Positions 51,615-64,000 of a stretch of DNA of 64,000 bases are shown here, piece by piece. The notes under the pieces were generated by a model that saw only the letters and a list, made by a program, of their open reading frames with translations, searched no databases and was not told the DNA's origin. Position numbers and translations under genes: made by a program. Source of the DNA: Camelus dromedarius (taxonomy: Eukaryota); NCBI RefSeq assembly GCF_036321535.1, contig NC_087437.1, positions 94,304,001 through 94,368,000 of the forward strand, written 5' to 3'. Position 1 is the stretch's first letter, and each line of letters starts with the position of its first letter.

Positions 51615-53620
51615 TTTATTTTTATATAATTTCCAACTTGGAGGAAATTCTGCAAGACTAGCCCAAAGAACACCAATATATCCTTTACGGGGATTTACCA
51701 CATGCTAACATTTTTGATCTCTTTAGTTTACATTTCACCATAATTAGATTTGTGTTCTCAATTTTGCAGGAAACACCACAGAAGTGATGTTGTGTCTTTC
51801 CCTGTGCATCATGTAAGGAGGTATATAATTTTGGCTTGTTCTCGTATTGCTAATGTTAACATTAATCACTTGGACAAGGTAGTGTCTGCTAGATTTCCCA
51901 CAAGAAAATGTCTGTTTCCTTTTTGTAATGAATAAATAATTTGTGGGGAGAAACTTCGAGTCCATGAAAATATCCTGGTCCTCATCATATTTTTACCATT
52001 AGTATCAGCACCTGCTGCTTATTCTTGCCAGTGTCAGTCAGTGCAGTGATCATAGTAAAAGATGATTTTCTAACTCCATCGTTGGACTTCAATTTATTGT
52101 CATGTTTCTGTTAATGTAAAGCTTTCCTTTCCCCATGCCCCCAGTTACTTATATATTCATTTCTTTGCTTATGTCAGTATAGACTGATAGATTCTTATTT
52201 TATTCAGTGGGTTAAAACCTGTTTCTATCATTGTTTAATTGTTCAAATTAATTCATATTTGGCTAGTGAGAGCCCATCTAAGCTGATTACTGTCAGCTCT
52301 GACATGTTTTCAGCACTTTTTGAGCACTTTCTACTTCCTGGCATAACTTCTGACATCTGATATTTCAGGCTTATTTGATATTTTTTCTGCTCTGGTCCAG
52401 GAATCAACCATTTCCCTAAAAAGCCCTCATTATTTTAAGTGAACATTAGGTGTGTACAGTGATACCGATGTCATTGCTTTTAGACCCTTTTAGGGAACAG
52501 CTTGGAAATTATTTTCATACATACACTCTCACACACACGACACACATACATATCAGTATTAGATACAGGTAAATGTTATATAGCTATAGATAAATGTACT
52601 GAGTTTATAAGATCATCTTAATACTTCCATTCCAATCCAATGGCACAGAAATCAATCCAGTCTTTCTTCTTTGTAATTCTCTTCCTCAACAGGGAGAATG
52701 TGGCTCCCATTATTTTCAATATATTTTACTTATGTATTCAGTTATCGACAACATGTTAAGTATTACGAGAATTGCTAACCCTTATGACTACAAATTTTTT
52801 AAAAGACTTCATAATTTATTTCAACTGATTCTGTTTAGTCCCTCTAAGTGTGATGATAACTCACTGAAAATAAAGTTATGTATTTCAGTTTGGAAAATAT
52901 TTTATTTTTTAAAGCCATATTTGTTGGCTTTATTTTATTTTTTGAATAGTAAATGTTTTTGCAAGCTTAATCTGTTAGAGCTATTAGCTTTTTATATGTA
53001 GCATATATTGCAAGTTTTCCAGCCAGTATTTTTTTCTCTCTCTTTTTTTTTTTTTTTTGCCTTTGCTTAAGGTGTGTATTTTTTTTTTTTGCCATGCAAA
53101 ATTTGCTGTTGTTATTATCATCATTAATGTCATTATTAGATGGTTATAAATATCAGTGCTGACTTCTACTGCATCTAGATTTTGAGTCATAGTCAGAAAC
53201 TTCTCAAACACACAAATTATAGAGCGATTTACCTGTTTTTCTTCTAGTACTTACATTGTTATTCTTTGCATTTAGATCTCTGATTATTTTGAAGTTTATT
53301 CTTAGGTTTGATGTTGGATAGGAATCTAATTTTATTGTTTCCTAAATGGGTGATTCAGGTGTCCTGGCACCATTTCTTAAAATGTTTCTTTTTGCTGTAG
53401 TTGTTGAAACGCCACTTTCATTATATTTCGAATCTCCACACATGTGGGACTCTACTTTTGAGCTTTCTATGCTGTTTCACTAGTCCACAAGTTCATTTCT
53501 GTGGAAACAGCATCTTGCTTAGTAACACAGGCATCATTATTATATTCTGGTATCTTGTAAGGTACATCCCTCCTAGCAGCCTTTATTTTTCAGTGTTTTC
53601 TGAGCTATTCTGGAGTGTTT
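51615..53620 (-). mobile_element. Old L1 fragments (L1MC4/L1ME-like)
   Basis: atcacttggacaaggtagtgtctgctagatttcc, ctggtccaggaatcaaccatttccc, ttttcttctagtactt..tttagatct motifs. Confidence 0.65.
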
Positions 53621-53669
53621 CCTAGCTACTGCATGTGTCCATACTACTAAAATCCACGAAGAACACTTT

Positions 53670-53985
53670 TCAGTGCGGTGGAACTGGTAAGACCCCAGAG
53701 GCTACCTAAAGGAGATGTGGTTTTAAAGTGCAGGTTTCGGAAATACAGTCTTGGTCCCCGCAGCAGCCCAGCATCCGCACGGTACAGCAGCCTGACCCCT
53801 AACTTGAAGCTGGGCGGGGAAGGAGAAACTTGAGCCGTGGCGTTGGATTACGATGCCCCAGCGCGAAGCTTCCCCTGTTTACGCACATGCGCATGTGTTC
53901 ATGGACTTATATTTAGCATGATTCTCTCCCGAGGTCCTCTGTGCTGCGAACAAGGCGGCGGCCGCGACTGAGCAGTAGCTGGGAA
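53670..53985. promoter_or_regulatory. Small CpG-rich candidate promoter with NRF1-like palindrome
   Basis: CpG cluster; CACATGCGCATGTG 53884-53897; GGGCGGGG box near 53812; CAAGGCGGCGGCCGCG 53951-53966. Confidence 0.5.
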
Positions 53986-54662
53986 AAAAGTGATTAATGA
54001 GACCAGTTATAGGATGGAGTGTTGTGTTACGAGTCATTCATTTTAGACCTATTTCCACATATGAGCATGGAAAAAATCAGGAATTTTTCTCTCCTCCTCT
54101 ATGCTAAAATACTCCAAGCAGCACAATTACCTGTAAAAATGTCTCAGCTCAAAACACTGACTTTAGGCTTCTGTTAAGTTATGATGTACAGGAGACATAG
54201 GTCAGGTCTATGGTTACAGATCCATCTCTAGACTGTCAGCAAATCTCAAGCAAAAGAAAATTTCTACTTGAAATGCAAAAAAAATATGTGATAAGGAGCT
54301 TAGCAATTGAAAGACTTCCAGGAGTGAGCAAAATTCCTCCCCAAGCCTCCAAGATGAAGATGTAGGGTCTTTTTTCTTTTTTCCTTTTTGTAAACTCCAC
54401 TTTGGAATTTGACACTGCTTCATCTGGTAAAAATACTTTTGGATTTTTATCGTGTCTGCAAAGTTTGGTAGGGCTGATGTGTAAAAGAAGGGTCTGGGTG
54501 AAGCCCAGACACCACTATGTAGATCTCTTGTTTACTGTTGCTAATTATAAAGTTGTAGAGTAAAAATAGGATCCCAGACAAGGCAGAGGTAGTGTTTGCA
54601 GCCCTCAGCTGCCATTCTTTCAGCAAGCTGGCTGTGCAGGTGCCCCAGCTCCACCTATAATT

Positions 54663-54781
54663 TTGTTTTTAATTTAATTTTTTTTAGTTGGGGGAGATAA
54701 TGAGGTTTATTTATTTATTGTTAGAGGAGGTACTGGGGATTGAACCTGGAACCTCATGCATGCTAAGCATGTGCTCTACCA
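54663..54781 (-). mobile_element. Vic-1-like SINE, slightly 5'-truncated
   Basis: T-rich tail, gtactggggattgaacc (antisense B box), gctctaccact; TSD CTATAATT at 54655-54662 and 54782-54789. Confidence 0.85.
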
Positions 54782-57574
54782 CTATAATTCTTAGGTTTGG
54801 CCTGCACTGGTAGCCCTAGCTCCTTCAGGGCTGAGAACTCCTTGGCCTTGGTGTCAGTTGGGCATCAAGGCATTGCTCTGAATGACAACTAAGAGGCTGC
54901 TTTTCCAGGTGTGTCTTGTCAGTCCTGAATTTTCATCTACAGCACTCTATGGAAAATCAGACAGTATAAGATCTGGGGGATACGGAGGGAACATCACTCA
55001 GATTCAGCTCAGAGACGTTGGGCAGGGTATCGAAGGACATGTGCGCACATGACTTTAGAGCAAGTGGACTCTAACTCTTGTTTTGCTTGGTTTGCTCTGT
55101 CGGGATGGTCACAAGGGCTTTAGTCCACAAGGCCCGTGGACTTCTCCCAAAACCTGCACTTGAAGCACCAGGTAGTCACACACGGATTCTGGAGGTAGGA
55201 AGCCCAACTCCATCCCACATCTTCCAGGGCGTGCCAGTTGTTCTTCCTTCATTGACAACTATTGCCTGTAATGTCTTATATGATCTTTTAAAGTCAGATT
55301 TGTCATAATCTTTTCTAATTGTGGAAGTATAGGAGTATTAAAAAAAACTTTTTGGTATTAAGGACTCATAAATATTCTTTAACAAATAGACTGAGAAAAC
55401 AGCTTATTAAATGACCCTATCCATTTTCCCCCTGCATTGTTTTTTTTTCTTCCTTTAAAAGGGAGTAAATGTAAATTTTATTATTTAGCAATATTTTCTT
55501 GCCATTGATTTACATTGTATTTATTCTTTGGGATGCAGATACAAATCCAGATAAGCCGTACAGAATTACTCCATCACAACGCAGCTATTGGACCCATTAA
55601 CATCCTATTAATCAGTCAGTCCGTTACAGATTCATTCCACTTAGTTATTAAGGATGTTAATGCCTGTCATAAAACCATTCAGACATTTATGTACCTTCTA
55701 GCTGTTATATCTTTACAATGGTGTGAATTTTTCTTCTCTGCTTAGAAAAATCACCAGAGATACTGAACTAGAAATTATTTTAAAGAGTAGTCCCAACCTG
55801 TAAACTCAGATGAATAGGGTAAAAAAAAAAATTAGTTAAATTTGCAAACCCTTTAAAATAAGGTCATCATTGTCACATCTCTCTTCTTTTCTTCTTCCAA
55901 AGCAACTATTATTTTCCATCCATGTTAGCTTTTTAAAATTTAAATAGTTTAGTAGACCGTCAGTGTTTACTAAATCACAATGAGACACTAGTAAGCATAT
56001 ATTCACAAATGTAAAGAATCAACCAAACCAAGACTTACTAGGCAAGACTTACTTAGTTATCATAAAAATTCAGCACTTTCTGAGGCAGGGAAAAAAAACG
56101 TTCTTTTCATGTCTTTTTTTTTTTTTTTTTTTTGTACACAAATGTTCACAGCAGCTTTATTCATATTAGCCACAAATTGGAGACAACAAACACACATCAA
56201 GAAGTGATATATTCACACAATAAACAGCAATTAAAGAAGCAAACTGCTAATATAAACAACATAGATAAATCTCCGAAACACAATATTGAGCCAGATACAA
56301 CATAAAATCATCACATTTTGGGACCAAATAATTTTGTATTGAATTTGAAAACCATTATCACATTTCATTATGAGCAGGACTTGTATGGGCTTAGTAGATA
56401 AGCATCCTGAAAACAAGATTCAGAGCTTATTTTCAAAATGTGTTTGATCTGTGTTTGATCTGTGTTTTGGTCTTCATTTTCTCCTACACAGTGCCACAAA
56501 CACAGTAGGCAACAAATAAAAGTTTTCTAAGTGGCTTGGATTAAATTCTAACACAGTAAATAATTTTTTATCTGCACAGATTTGAAGATAAAATTTCCTT
56601 TAATCCTGGACCACTTTAAGATAATATGGAATGATTTAAGATGATAGAATAGTTGGGTGTCTCAAGCTGTGTCCTGGGATCATCGGCATCCCCCCCAAAA
56701 TGTTAATGGATATCATGTGACCACAAAAATTTTAAGTACATTTAAATATTAACACAATGAAACCTCTGAGTCCTGCAGTAAAGAAACCACTAACCATATT
56801 TAACAACAATTTTCTAAACTTTTTTTCAAGAAAAAGTCATTGACACCCCTTAGAATAAGACGTTTCAAATCAACGTTTAGACAAAGAAATTAGTACTTAT
56901 TTCAACTGCAATGTATTAGATTTTTTTTTAAGTAAGTGAACTAAAAACCCTCAGCTGTAAGATTAAAGAGCGTTCTTTCTCTTTAGAACTAGCCAATGGT
57001 AACCCCAGATCAAATGTTACTTTGGAAAATCTTCAGAATAAGAGTAGTTGGAGCTACAAATATTCAGAGTCCATTCAAGAATTAGTTAATCTATAAGAGT
57101 CAGTAAAATAAAATGCAAACTCTTTAAACAATCCTTAGATCCTGAAATATATCTATACAGTACTTAAAAATGTGCACAATGACCAGTGATCATACAACCT
57201 GTAATTAGCTTTCGGCTGCAGGGAGAAGACATGCAATAAAAGAAGGGAGGAGAGAAGTGTAGGTAAATAAAGGATGGGGAAGATAGAAAGTAGGAAATGG
57301 AGCAATGGCCTTGAAGAACTGATGAGGTAACGACTTAAAATGGAATCAGATTTTGAAAACTGAAAGAAAGAGGACTGAGGGGGAATGAGTTACTTGAGCA
57401 GGAAACAGGCTTGATGGTAGTACGTGTTCTGTGGTTTTAAAAATATATGTAAAGATAACTAAGAAAGAGAAAGTAAATGCAGCATAGATGTCAATGCTAT
57501 TTACTATTCTAAATTGTCCCTCCTACCAACCCTGCAATGCATACTTCACTGAGAAATAAATATTTCACTGCAAT

Positions 57575-57750
57575 CCTGGGTCTGAATCTAGGCTCCTCAT
57601 TTACTGGTGGCATGACTTTGAGCCAAACACAAAAGTGCCTGAAGCCTTGCTTCTTCATCTGAAAAAAATGAGTTAATAATAGCATCTCTTAGAAAAAGTA
57701 AAAAATCTGAGCATTCAATGCAATTATTTGTGAAAAATCAGCAGTGTGTC
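57575..57750 (+). mobile_element. MIR SINE
   Basis: cctgggtctgaatctaggctc..catgactttgagc..cttcttcatctgaaaaaaatgagttaataatagc. Confidence 0.75.
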
Positions 57751-57972
57751 TGCTAATACTGTGAGTTCTGGGTTATCTCTTATTATTTTTTAGAAAAATG
57801 TAATCTTTATCAAATAATGTACCTTATTATAAAAAACTTGAGTCTAAATTTTTTAGTTGGCTACTGACAACCCTGATCTAGAGAAATGAAGTGACTGCCT
57901 ATGATGTGTGACTCTTTAGGGACAGATTTGGAGAAAGCGAAAACAAGCAAAAAGCCTACCAAAGGTTGATAA

Positions 57973-58425
57973 TGTTAGCTAAAAACTGCCACTTGCCATC
58001 TACCTCTACAAGGATTAAATCATGAGCCACTGCAGCCACTGACCTTCAACACACCCTGAAAGGAGTAGAGGGTGGAGATCAGGAATGAGGTGCTCTGGGC
58101 TCTGGGAAAACTGGCAGAACAGGCCTGCAGATAGTTTGACATTTTTAGGAAATTTTAGGGGCCCCAAATCTTGCATCTCCTTATATCTAGAAATATGCTA
58201 AAATCATTAACGGTGACATTTGCTCCTTGAGACTAGCAGCAAGCCTCTGCCTAAATGTGTACTTGAGTGGACATGCCCACCTTCACTAAAATCATAAAGA
58301 ATACTGATATTCCCTTCTATCTCCTCCGAGCAGATCCTCAGAGCCATAATCCTCATTTTACCCCCAGTAAAACTTAACTCACAACTCTCAACGTTGTGTT
58401 TTTTGTTTGTTTGTTTCAGTTGACA
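57973..58425 (+). mobile_element. Solo ERV1-type LTR
   Basis: Imperfect inverted termini TGTTAGCTAAAA / TTTCAGTTGACA; AGTAAA-type signal near 58366; flanks ataa/atat. Confidence 0.75.
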
Positions 58426-58649
58426 ATATCCAGGGATGACAATTCTAAGAGTCAACTAGCAGAGATCAGTGAGCTGAGAAAGTGACCAGGAATGGGGCTT
58501 ATAGAGCAGTGAGATCTCCTGGCACAAGCCTCCCAATGACTGCCATCCCCACACTGTCATCCCCACCCTGACAGCACATGCCCATCGGCTTTGCTTTCAG
58601 GCCTTTGTGAAGTGAGGGCTGGGATCAAGTGGAGAATGAGTCTGTGTGG

Positions 58650-58860
58650 GTTTCAAATTCAGACAGACTGGTTTCAAGGCCACTTCCTTCATCCACTATA
58701 TGACCTTTTACATCTCTGATATTTAGTTCATTTTTTTTTTTACTTGCTAAATGGGGATAGCAATGGGGTACATATTTCATTAGAATTTTAGAAGTATCCA
58801 ATTGATTCTTGCTTGCATAATGTTTAAGAGTACCTACTTACAGAGAGGCATTTAATAAAT
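58650..58860 (+). mobile_element. MIR SINE
   Basis: cagacagactggtttcaag..tgacctt..aaatggggatagcaat..tttaataaatg. Confidence 0.6.
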
Positions 58861-58888
58861 GTATTTTTCCTCATTCATTTACATTATT

Positions 58889-59122
58889 CTTTTTTTTAAT
58901 TAAAGTATAGTTGGTTTACAATGTTGTGTTAGTTTCAGGTGTATAGCAAAGAGTTTCAGTTATACATATATGTATATTCTGTTTCAGATTATTTTCCATT
59001 ATAGGTTATTATAAGATACTGAATATAATTCCCTGTGCTATACAGTAGGCCCTTGTTGTTTATCTATTTTATATATAGTAGTGTGTATATGTTAAACCCA
59101 AACCCCCAATTTATTCCAAGTT
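58889..59122 (-). mobile_element. Short cetartiodactyl-type L1 3' end with TSD
   Basis: Poly-T then aagtatagttggtttacaatgttgtgttagtttcagg; ATTTACATTATT at 58877-58888 and 59123-59134. Confidence 0.9.
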
Positions 59123-59285
59123 ATTTACATTATTATTTAAATAAATGCTCTTATTATTTATTTGAATAGATATTTCACATACAGATTGAAAAAAAAACTG
59201 TTTATTTGAGAATTGATTGGCTGGAAATAATATAAAGAAAAGCTGCCATATATATGTGTCCTACACATATAACATGTATATCTAT

Positions 59286-59637
59286 TGTTAAAAGTGATTA
59301 AAGACAATATAGGCGATATAAAGAAAATTTATGAAACACTGCATGAAGTAGGCAGTCTCTGTTCTCAGAGGTTCAGACACAGCAAAATCAGGAGGAAGGC
59401 AGGAAGCTTTTACAGGATAAAGAATAAGGAACCAGGAAGAGAAAAACAGAAAACGAATAAGGAACAGAGAACTAAATATAAAGCCTAGAGCTGTCATGGT
59501 GTTTGTGGATTGGCAGACTGGATGTACTGCGTTTCTGGTCAAGGGGAGCATTTACAGGGGCACGAAAGTTATTTCAGTTTGGGTTTAGACCCCAGGCAAC
59601 AGCAGTGCCACCTTAGAACTAGAAATTTATTTCAATA
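59286..59637. mobile_element. Probable old ERV1-type solo LTR
   Basis: TGTTAAAA start, ..aaatttatttcaata end, internal aagcttttacagg and gattgg motifs. Confidence 0.45.
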
Positions 59638-60059
59638 ATACACATATATATATAAAAAACATACCTTTTATATACATATATGCAAGTTACATATACAAAT
59701 ATGTTTATCTTCCATTACAGATTGTATGTTTCTCATATCTAAACACTCTGTGCTTTGCAACCTCCTTGGCCGAAGAATCAGTATATTTTAATAAATATAC
59801 ATTGAAAACTTAACCAACAAAAACTTTGGCGTAAAAATAAATAAAATATACCTATTAGAAATTCAAAGAGAAGCTGGCAAAATACCAATCATAGTGGGAA
59901 AAGATGATACAGAGATATTTATCGGATGGTAAATGGATCAAATTTGGCCCACAACTATCTTTGCTCTAGCTGCCTTATGTTCCCCTTCAGTTGTTTTATT
60001 TTAAACTTGATTAGATGCCAATATTTTAAAACTGAAGGCAAGATTTCAGTGGACAAGAA

Positions 60060-60400
60060 TAAAAATTGCTTTGGAGACCAATAACCTCAAAAATGTAATG
60101 GCTTAAAACCACAAAGATTTATTTCTTTCTCCTGCCACTTATCCAACAAGGGTTGGCAAGAGCCACCGCTCACTGTAGTCACAAAAGCTTCTGGGCTGAG
60201 AGTTCAATCTCCTTTTATTCTTCCAGCATCATCATATTAGAAAGAAATATAGGAATTAAGTTTTAGCAATTAAAATTTTTAACTAGAAATGAGTGACACA
60301 TATCACTTTCCCTAATATTTCATTGTTCAGAGTAGGTGACCTGGGCAGGTCTAATTTCAAGAGGGTAGGAAAGCGCAATCTCAACTTATGCCCCAAATAA
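60060..60400 (-). mobile_element. Old MaLR LTR (MLT1-like)
   Basis: aatggcttaaaaccacaaagatttatttct..gtgacacatatcacttt..atttcattg..ttcaagaggg. Confidence 0.6.
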
Positions 60401-60429
60401 GGACCGTCCAATGGCTGTCAATGCTCCTC

Positions 60430-61320
60430 TATCCAAATGCAAAATAATCTAGTAAATTGCATGTAAATAAAGATACAGGGTTGGAATAAAATGACAAAAA
60501 ATTAGGTCCATAGACAAATCTGCATACAAAAATAGAAAATACACATGTTTATAGAAAGTCTACATATTATACCTTTACAAAATCTGATAAGGTAATTTAC
60601 CACAAAGAAAATTCAAACAACTTTCATAGAAGTATTACAAGCCACATTCTCTGATAATATCACACAAACATCAGAATTAAGTAACAAAAGTAAGACCAAC
60701 AATTTTAGCAACTTACAAATTCAAAAACAAGAGTACTCTTGAAAATATCTTTTGAGTCACAGAACAAATCAAATGTAAGATGACAAAAACCAATTCACTG
60801 AGACTAAATGCAAACATAATTCTAACTCAAAAATATACTAAGCATAATAATTAAAATCAAGGTCATACATGGTTGATGGCTATGGTCTAAATAATTTCTG
60901 ATTTAAAAAGAAAGCCAAACTACATGTAAAAGATTTAGGTATTAATGACCACAGATGCTCTATTGCTAATATTTCTCGGAAACGACCAACATCATAGGGA
61001 ATATTCATAATATTAAATCTGCTTATATTTAAAATGAGTAAAAATTACTTAAGCACTGTGTTCAAGAAGCTATAAAAACAAGTAAGAATCATGAGGTGAA
61101 AGAACTAACAATGACAAAAACATTTATTGTACATAGGGATTAGAATTAATTGATTAAAGAGAAAAGAGGGAAGAAAAGAAGGTAGAATTTCTAAATTTAC
61201 ACAAGAAGTAGTTGTGTTGACCAGTGCAATAGTTCAACTTCTGGCTACTGTGATCATGAGGAATAAGAAACAAAAATGCAGACAGCAATAATAGGCATGA
61301 CATTGTTTTTAATAAAATAA
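60430..61320 (+). mobile_element. Very old L1 ORF2 remnant
   Basis: A-rich; ccacattctctgataat..agaattaagtaacaaaag resembles the endonuclease-end FSDHN..LEINNK motif. Confidence 0.5.
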
Positions 61321-61779
61321 AACTAACAAAAGTGTAGTGGATAGTCTCAATTATTCAATGTATCAATCAAATAAATAAATAATAAATTAAATAAATATTT
61401 AATAAATTAATACAACTGGTAATTTTTTAAACCAGCTTCCCACATATACCAAAACAGGTTCAGATAAAGTTAGTGTTTAAACATATATTATGCAACTTCA
61501 GCAATATATAATTTTTATGAAACAAGAAAAATTATAAGTAAATATTTATGTAGCATACTGATGAGGAAGTAGCTGATAAAAATTACATCAGTGTCAGAAA
61601 TCCTAAAGAATAAAGTTTTGTAGCCGAGAATACGTACAGTTTTTAAGCTTCTAAATCATAGATGGACTATTCACCGAAAAGATAAATGTCTCCAAATACT
61701 GACATTTAATGATAAAATAATGCAAACTGAATCAATAATGTTTTACTAAAAGTAACAGTTCAAATTATTCAGCAAACGA

Positions 61780-62150
61780 CACTACTTGTCCTTGGGCAGA
61801 ATGAATTTCTTTTCCCACCACTTTTCTTTTTCCAGCCACTTTCCTCTGGCTTTGCCATATGACTTGTGCTCAATAAGATATTGACAGGGGCACAGCACAT
61901 CATAAATTAGTTCACAGCCAAGGCCTGGGGACATCAGGTGTTCTTTTTAGTCCATGCGCAGTCTGGTGGTCATGAATGAGAAGGACATGTCCAGTTAACT
62001 TAGTGCCCAAGAAGGAGGAAGAGAGATGTGAAGTAGACCTAGACCAGAAAGAAGCCTGCAGCCAGTCTCACTGGCCCACAGAGTGAATCAATGCTGTGAG
62101 CAAATAAATAAAGGAAGTTTGTTAAAATTCACTGTTGTGCAATAGTTGAC
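61780..62150 (+). mobile_element. Old MaLR LTR (MLT1-like)
   Basis: gccatatgacttgtgctcaataagat..gtgagcaaataaat..caatagttgacta. Confidence 0.55.
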
Positions 62151-64000
62151 TATTATACCTGGGTTTCATACTTAAATAGTACTATGCAGTGATGTCAAAG
62201 AGAAAGGAGTAGACAAATCCTTACACACTGCAAATAAAACTTCTTAAGAACAATTTATGCAACATACATCTTAAAGAGGCAAATAAACTTTAGTCCTGAA
62301 ATTCTCCTCTAGATATTATTGTGAAGAAACCATAGTATAAACAAAGATATGATTACAAGGATATACCATGAAACCTTTTTTTCCATCATTGATAAACAAC
62401 AATATTTAATGATTGGCTAAAAAAATTATTCTATATCCATCCAATGGTGTACCATACAGCCATTAAACAGAGATTGTAAGAGCACAATTCCTAATGTGGA
62501 AATATGATTAAACAAGTTTAATTTTTAAAGTCAGTGTATAAAATTTTATGTTCGGTATTAAAGTGATGGGAGATTCAGAATTAGTTATTGCAAAATATTA
62601 AAAGTGGTTATCTAATGTTTCTTTTTCAAAATAAACACATTTTTTATTTGAAAAATACTCAATATAAAAATTTATAATTCATCGATAATTATAATAAAAT
62701 CATTAACCATAATATGTTTTTAAAAGATAATCTGAAGCATTATATGTGTTCCTAAAATGTAAAAACAAGTTAATTCATTTTAATCTTACATTAAAAAAAT
62801 TGGGTGGTGATAGCTGAAATAGATTCTCAACATCATGCAAATACTTGACATTTCAAATGTATACAGTAAATTTGTTCACTAATTATGGGATATAATTTAA
62901 ATGTTTTAAAATCTAAATTTTATATATTCTTATGTTTTGCTGGATATTGCATCATACTTCTAATCCAAAGTCAGTATTTAGAATTCTTCTATCTGAAATT
63001 TTTGAAAAGAGGCATTAATTTAATGCTTCTGAGTATAATGAATAATGCTGTAGATGCTTATTTTAAATGGAAAGTTTTCCAGAATGAATCTGGATAGCGA
63101 ACATTTAATCACATTTATCAAGTTAATATGTTTACTTTAAAGCTATGTTTAAAAACGCTTTCTGAATTGTCTCAGTTTATGCAAGTCACACCTAGTTAAG
63201 GTTTGAGTTTAATGTGTTTAGACATGGCTTATAATTCAATTCAACCTGAGAATAAAACTTCAATGAAAAATGCCATTCATATAAGACAATCTCTGTTTTC
63301 ATCTTCTGACTGCGTTAAACACTATTAAAATGAATGCAATATAAATAAAATTGTGAGAGACAGCCACTGCATGTTAATGTTCAACGTTATTCAGTAATAC
63401 GTTGGACAGCATCATGCTGATTTCTGACTCCATTTTTATTATTCTATTACTCCAAATTAAGCCAATAACTTTTCTCAGTTCCTCCGCCTTCTGAAGTAAC
63501 TACTACTACTGATGTCTTCTTTGAAGAAAAGTGTTTCTTCTTTCATTTTCTGATATACTGAAACCATTTTCCTTTGGGCCCCTCCTATCTTTCTGAAAGC
63601 TCTCTTCGTAACTGTTTCCTGGGTCCTCTTTTCCCTGCTCCCTAAAGGCAGGTCTTACCTAAAACACAGATCAGGGATCCAATAAAGTTGTCGGATTATA
63701 TATAAGAAATCTCATCCTCCTATAAAATTCTTTGATATCTTGTGAAATTTTATAAACTCATCTACTTCCACTCAATAAATAATAGTAGAGGAACTACTCA
63801 CAAAAAAACAGATCATCATATTTCTAGGAACTGATTCTAACAATTTTGTAGTTTACTTGACCAGGAAGGCAGAGAAAATAGAATAACTTAAGCAAATAAC
63901 AAAACACAAATAAGCGAAAGGAATCAAAGATAAGATCTACAACACTAGGTGATAAAAAATTTTCATCATCTCCCCAGTCTCCATCAAAACCCAGCTTTGT

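Noticed and set aside
56440..56468. Short tandem duplications (also ~14473, ~43556, ~56030)
   Set aside because: Ordinary 10-13-bp slippage duplications with no sign of function.

Overview
AT-rich, repeat-dense mammalian genomic DNA, most likely camelid: two tRNA-derived SINEs match the Vic-1 pattern and the L1 3' ends are cetartiodactyl-type. I see no intact, recognisable protein-coding gene, no rRNA or tRNA genes and no CRISPR array, and most track ORFs are noise or TE remnants. The main non-TE feature is an intronless, highly diverged cTAGE5/MIA2-like pseudogene (4625-6082, +). It sits in a GC-richer block with a MYB/RFX-like motif cluster upstream and polyA signals downstream. Mobile elements include a decayed ERVL provirus (30.3-35.2 kb, -), a young L1 with a twin-priming 5' inversion and 19-bp TSD (45.8-47.3 kb), and other L1, L2, MIR, MaLR, ERV1-type LTR and hAT fossils. 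Unexplained signals include two small CpG-rich islets (26.8 kb and 53.9 kb), a possible two-exon 82-aa ORF on the minus strand, a perfect 21-bp inverted repeat, a 24-bp minisatellite and a dispersed ~70-bp duplication. Repeat subfamily names and protein similarities come from recalled consensus sequences, not searches. Boundaries without TSDs are approximate.
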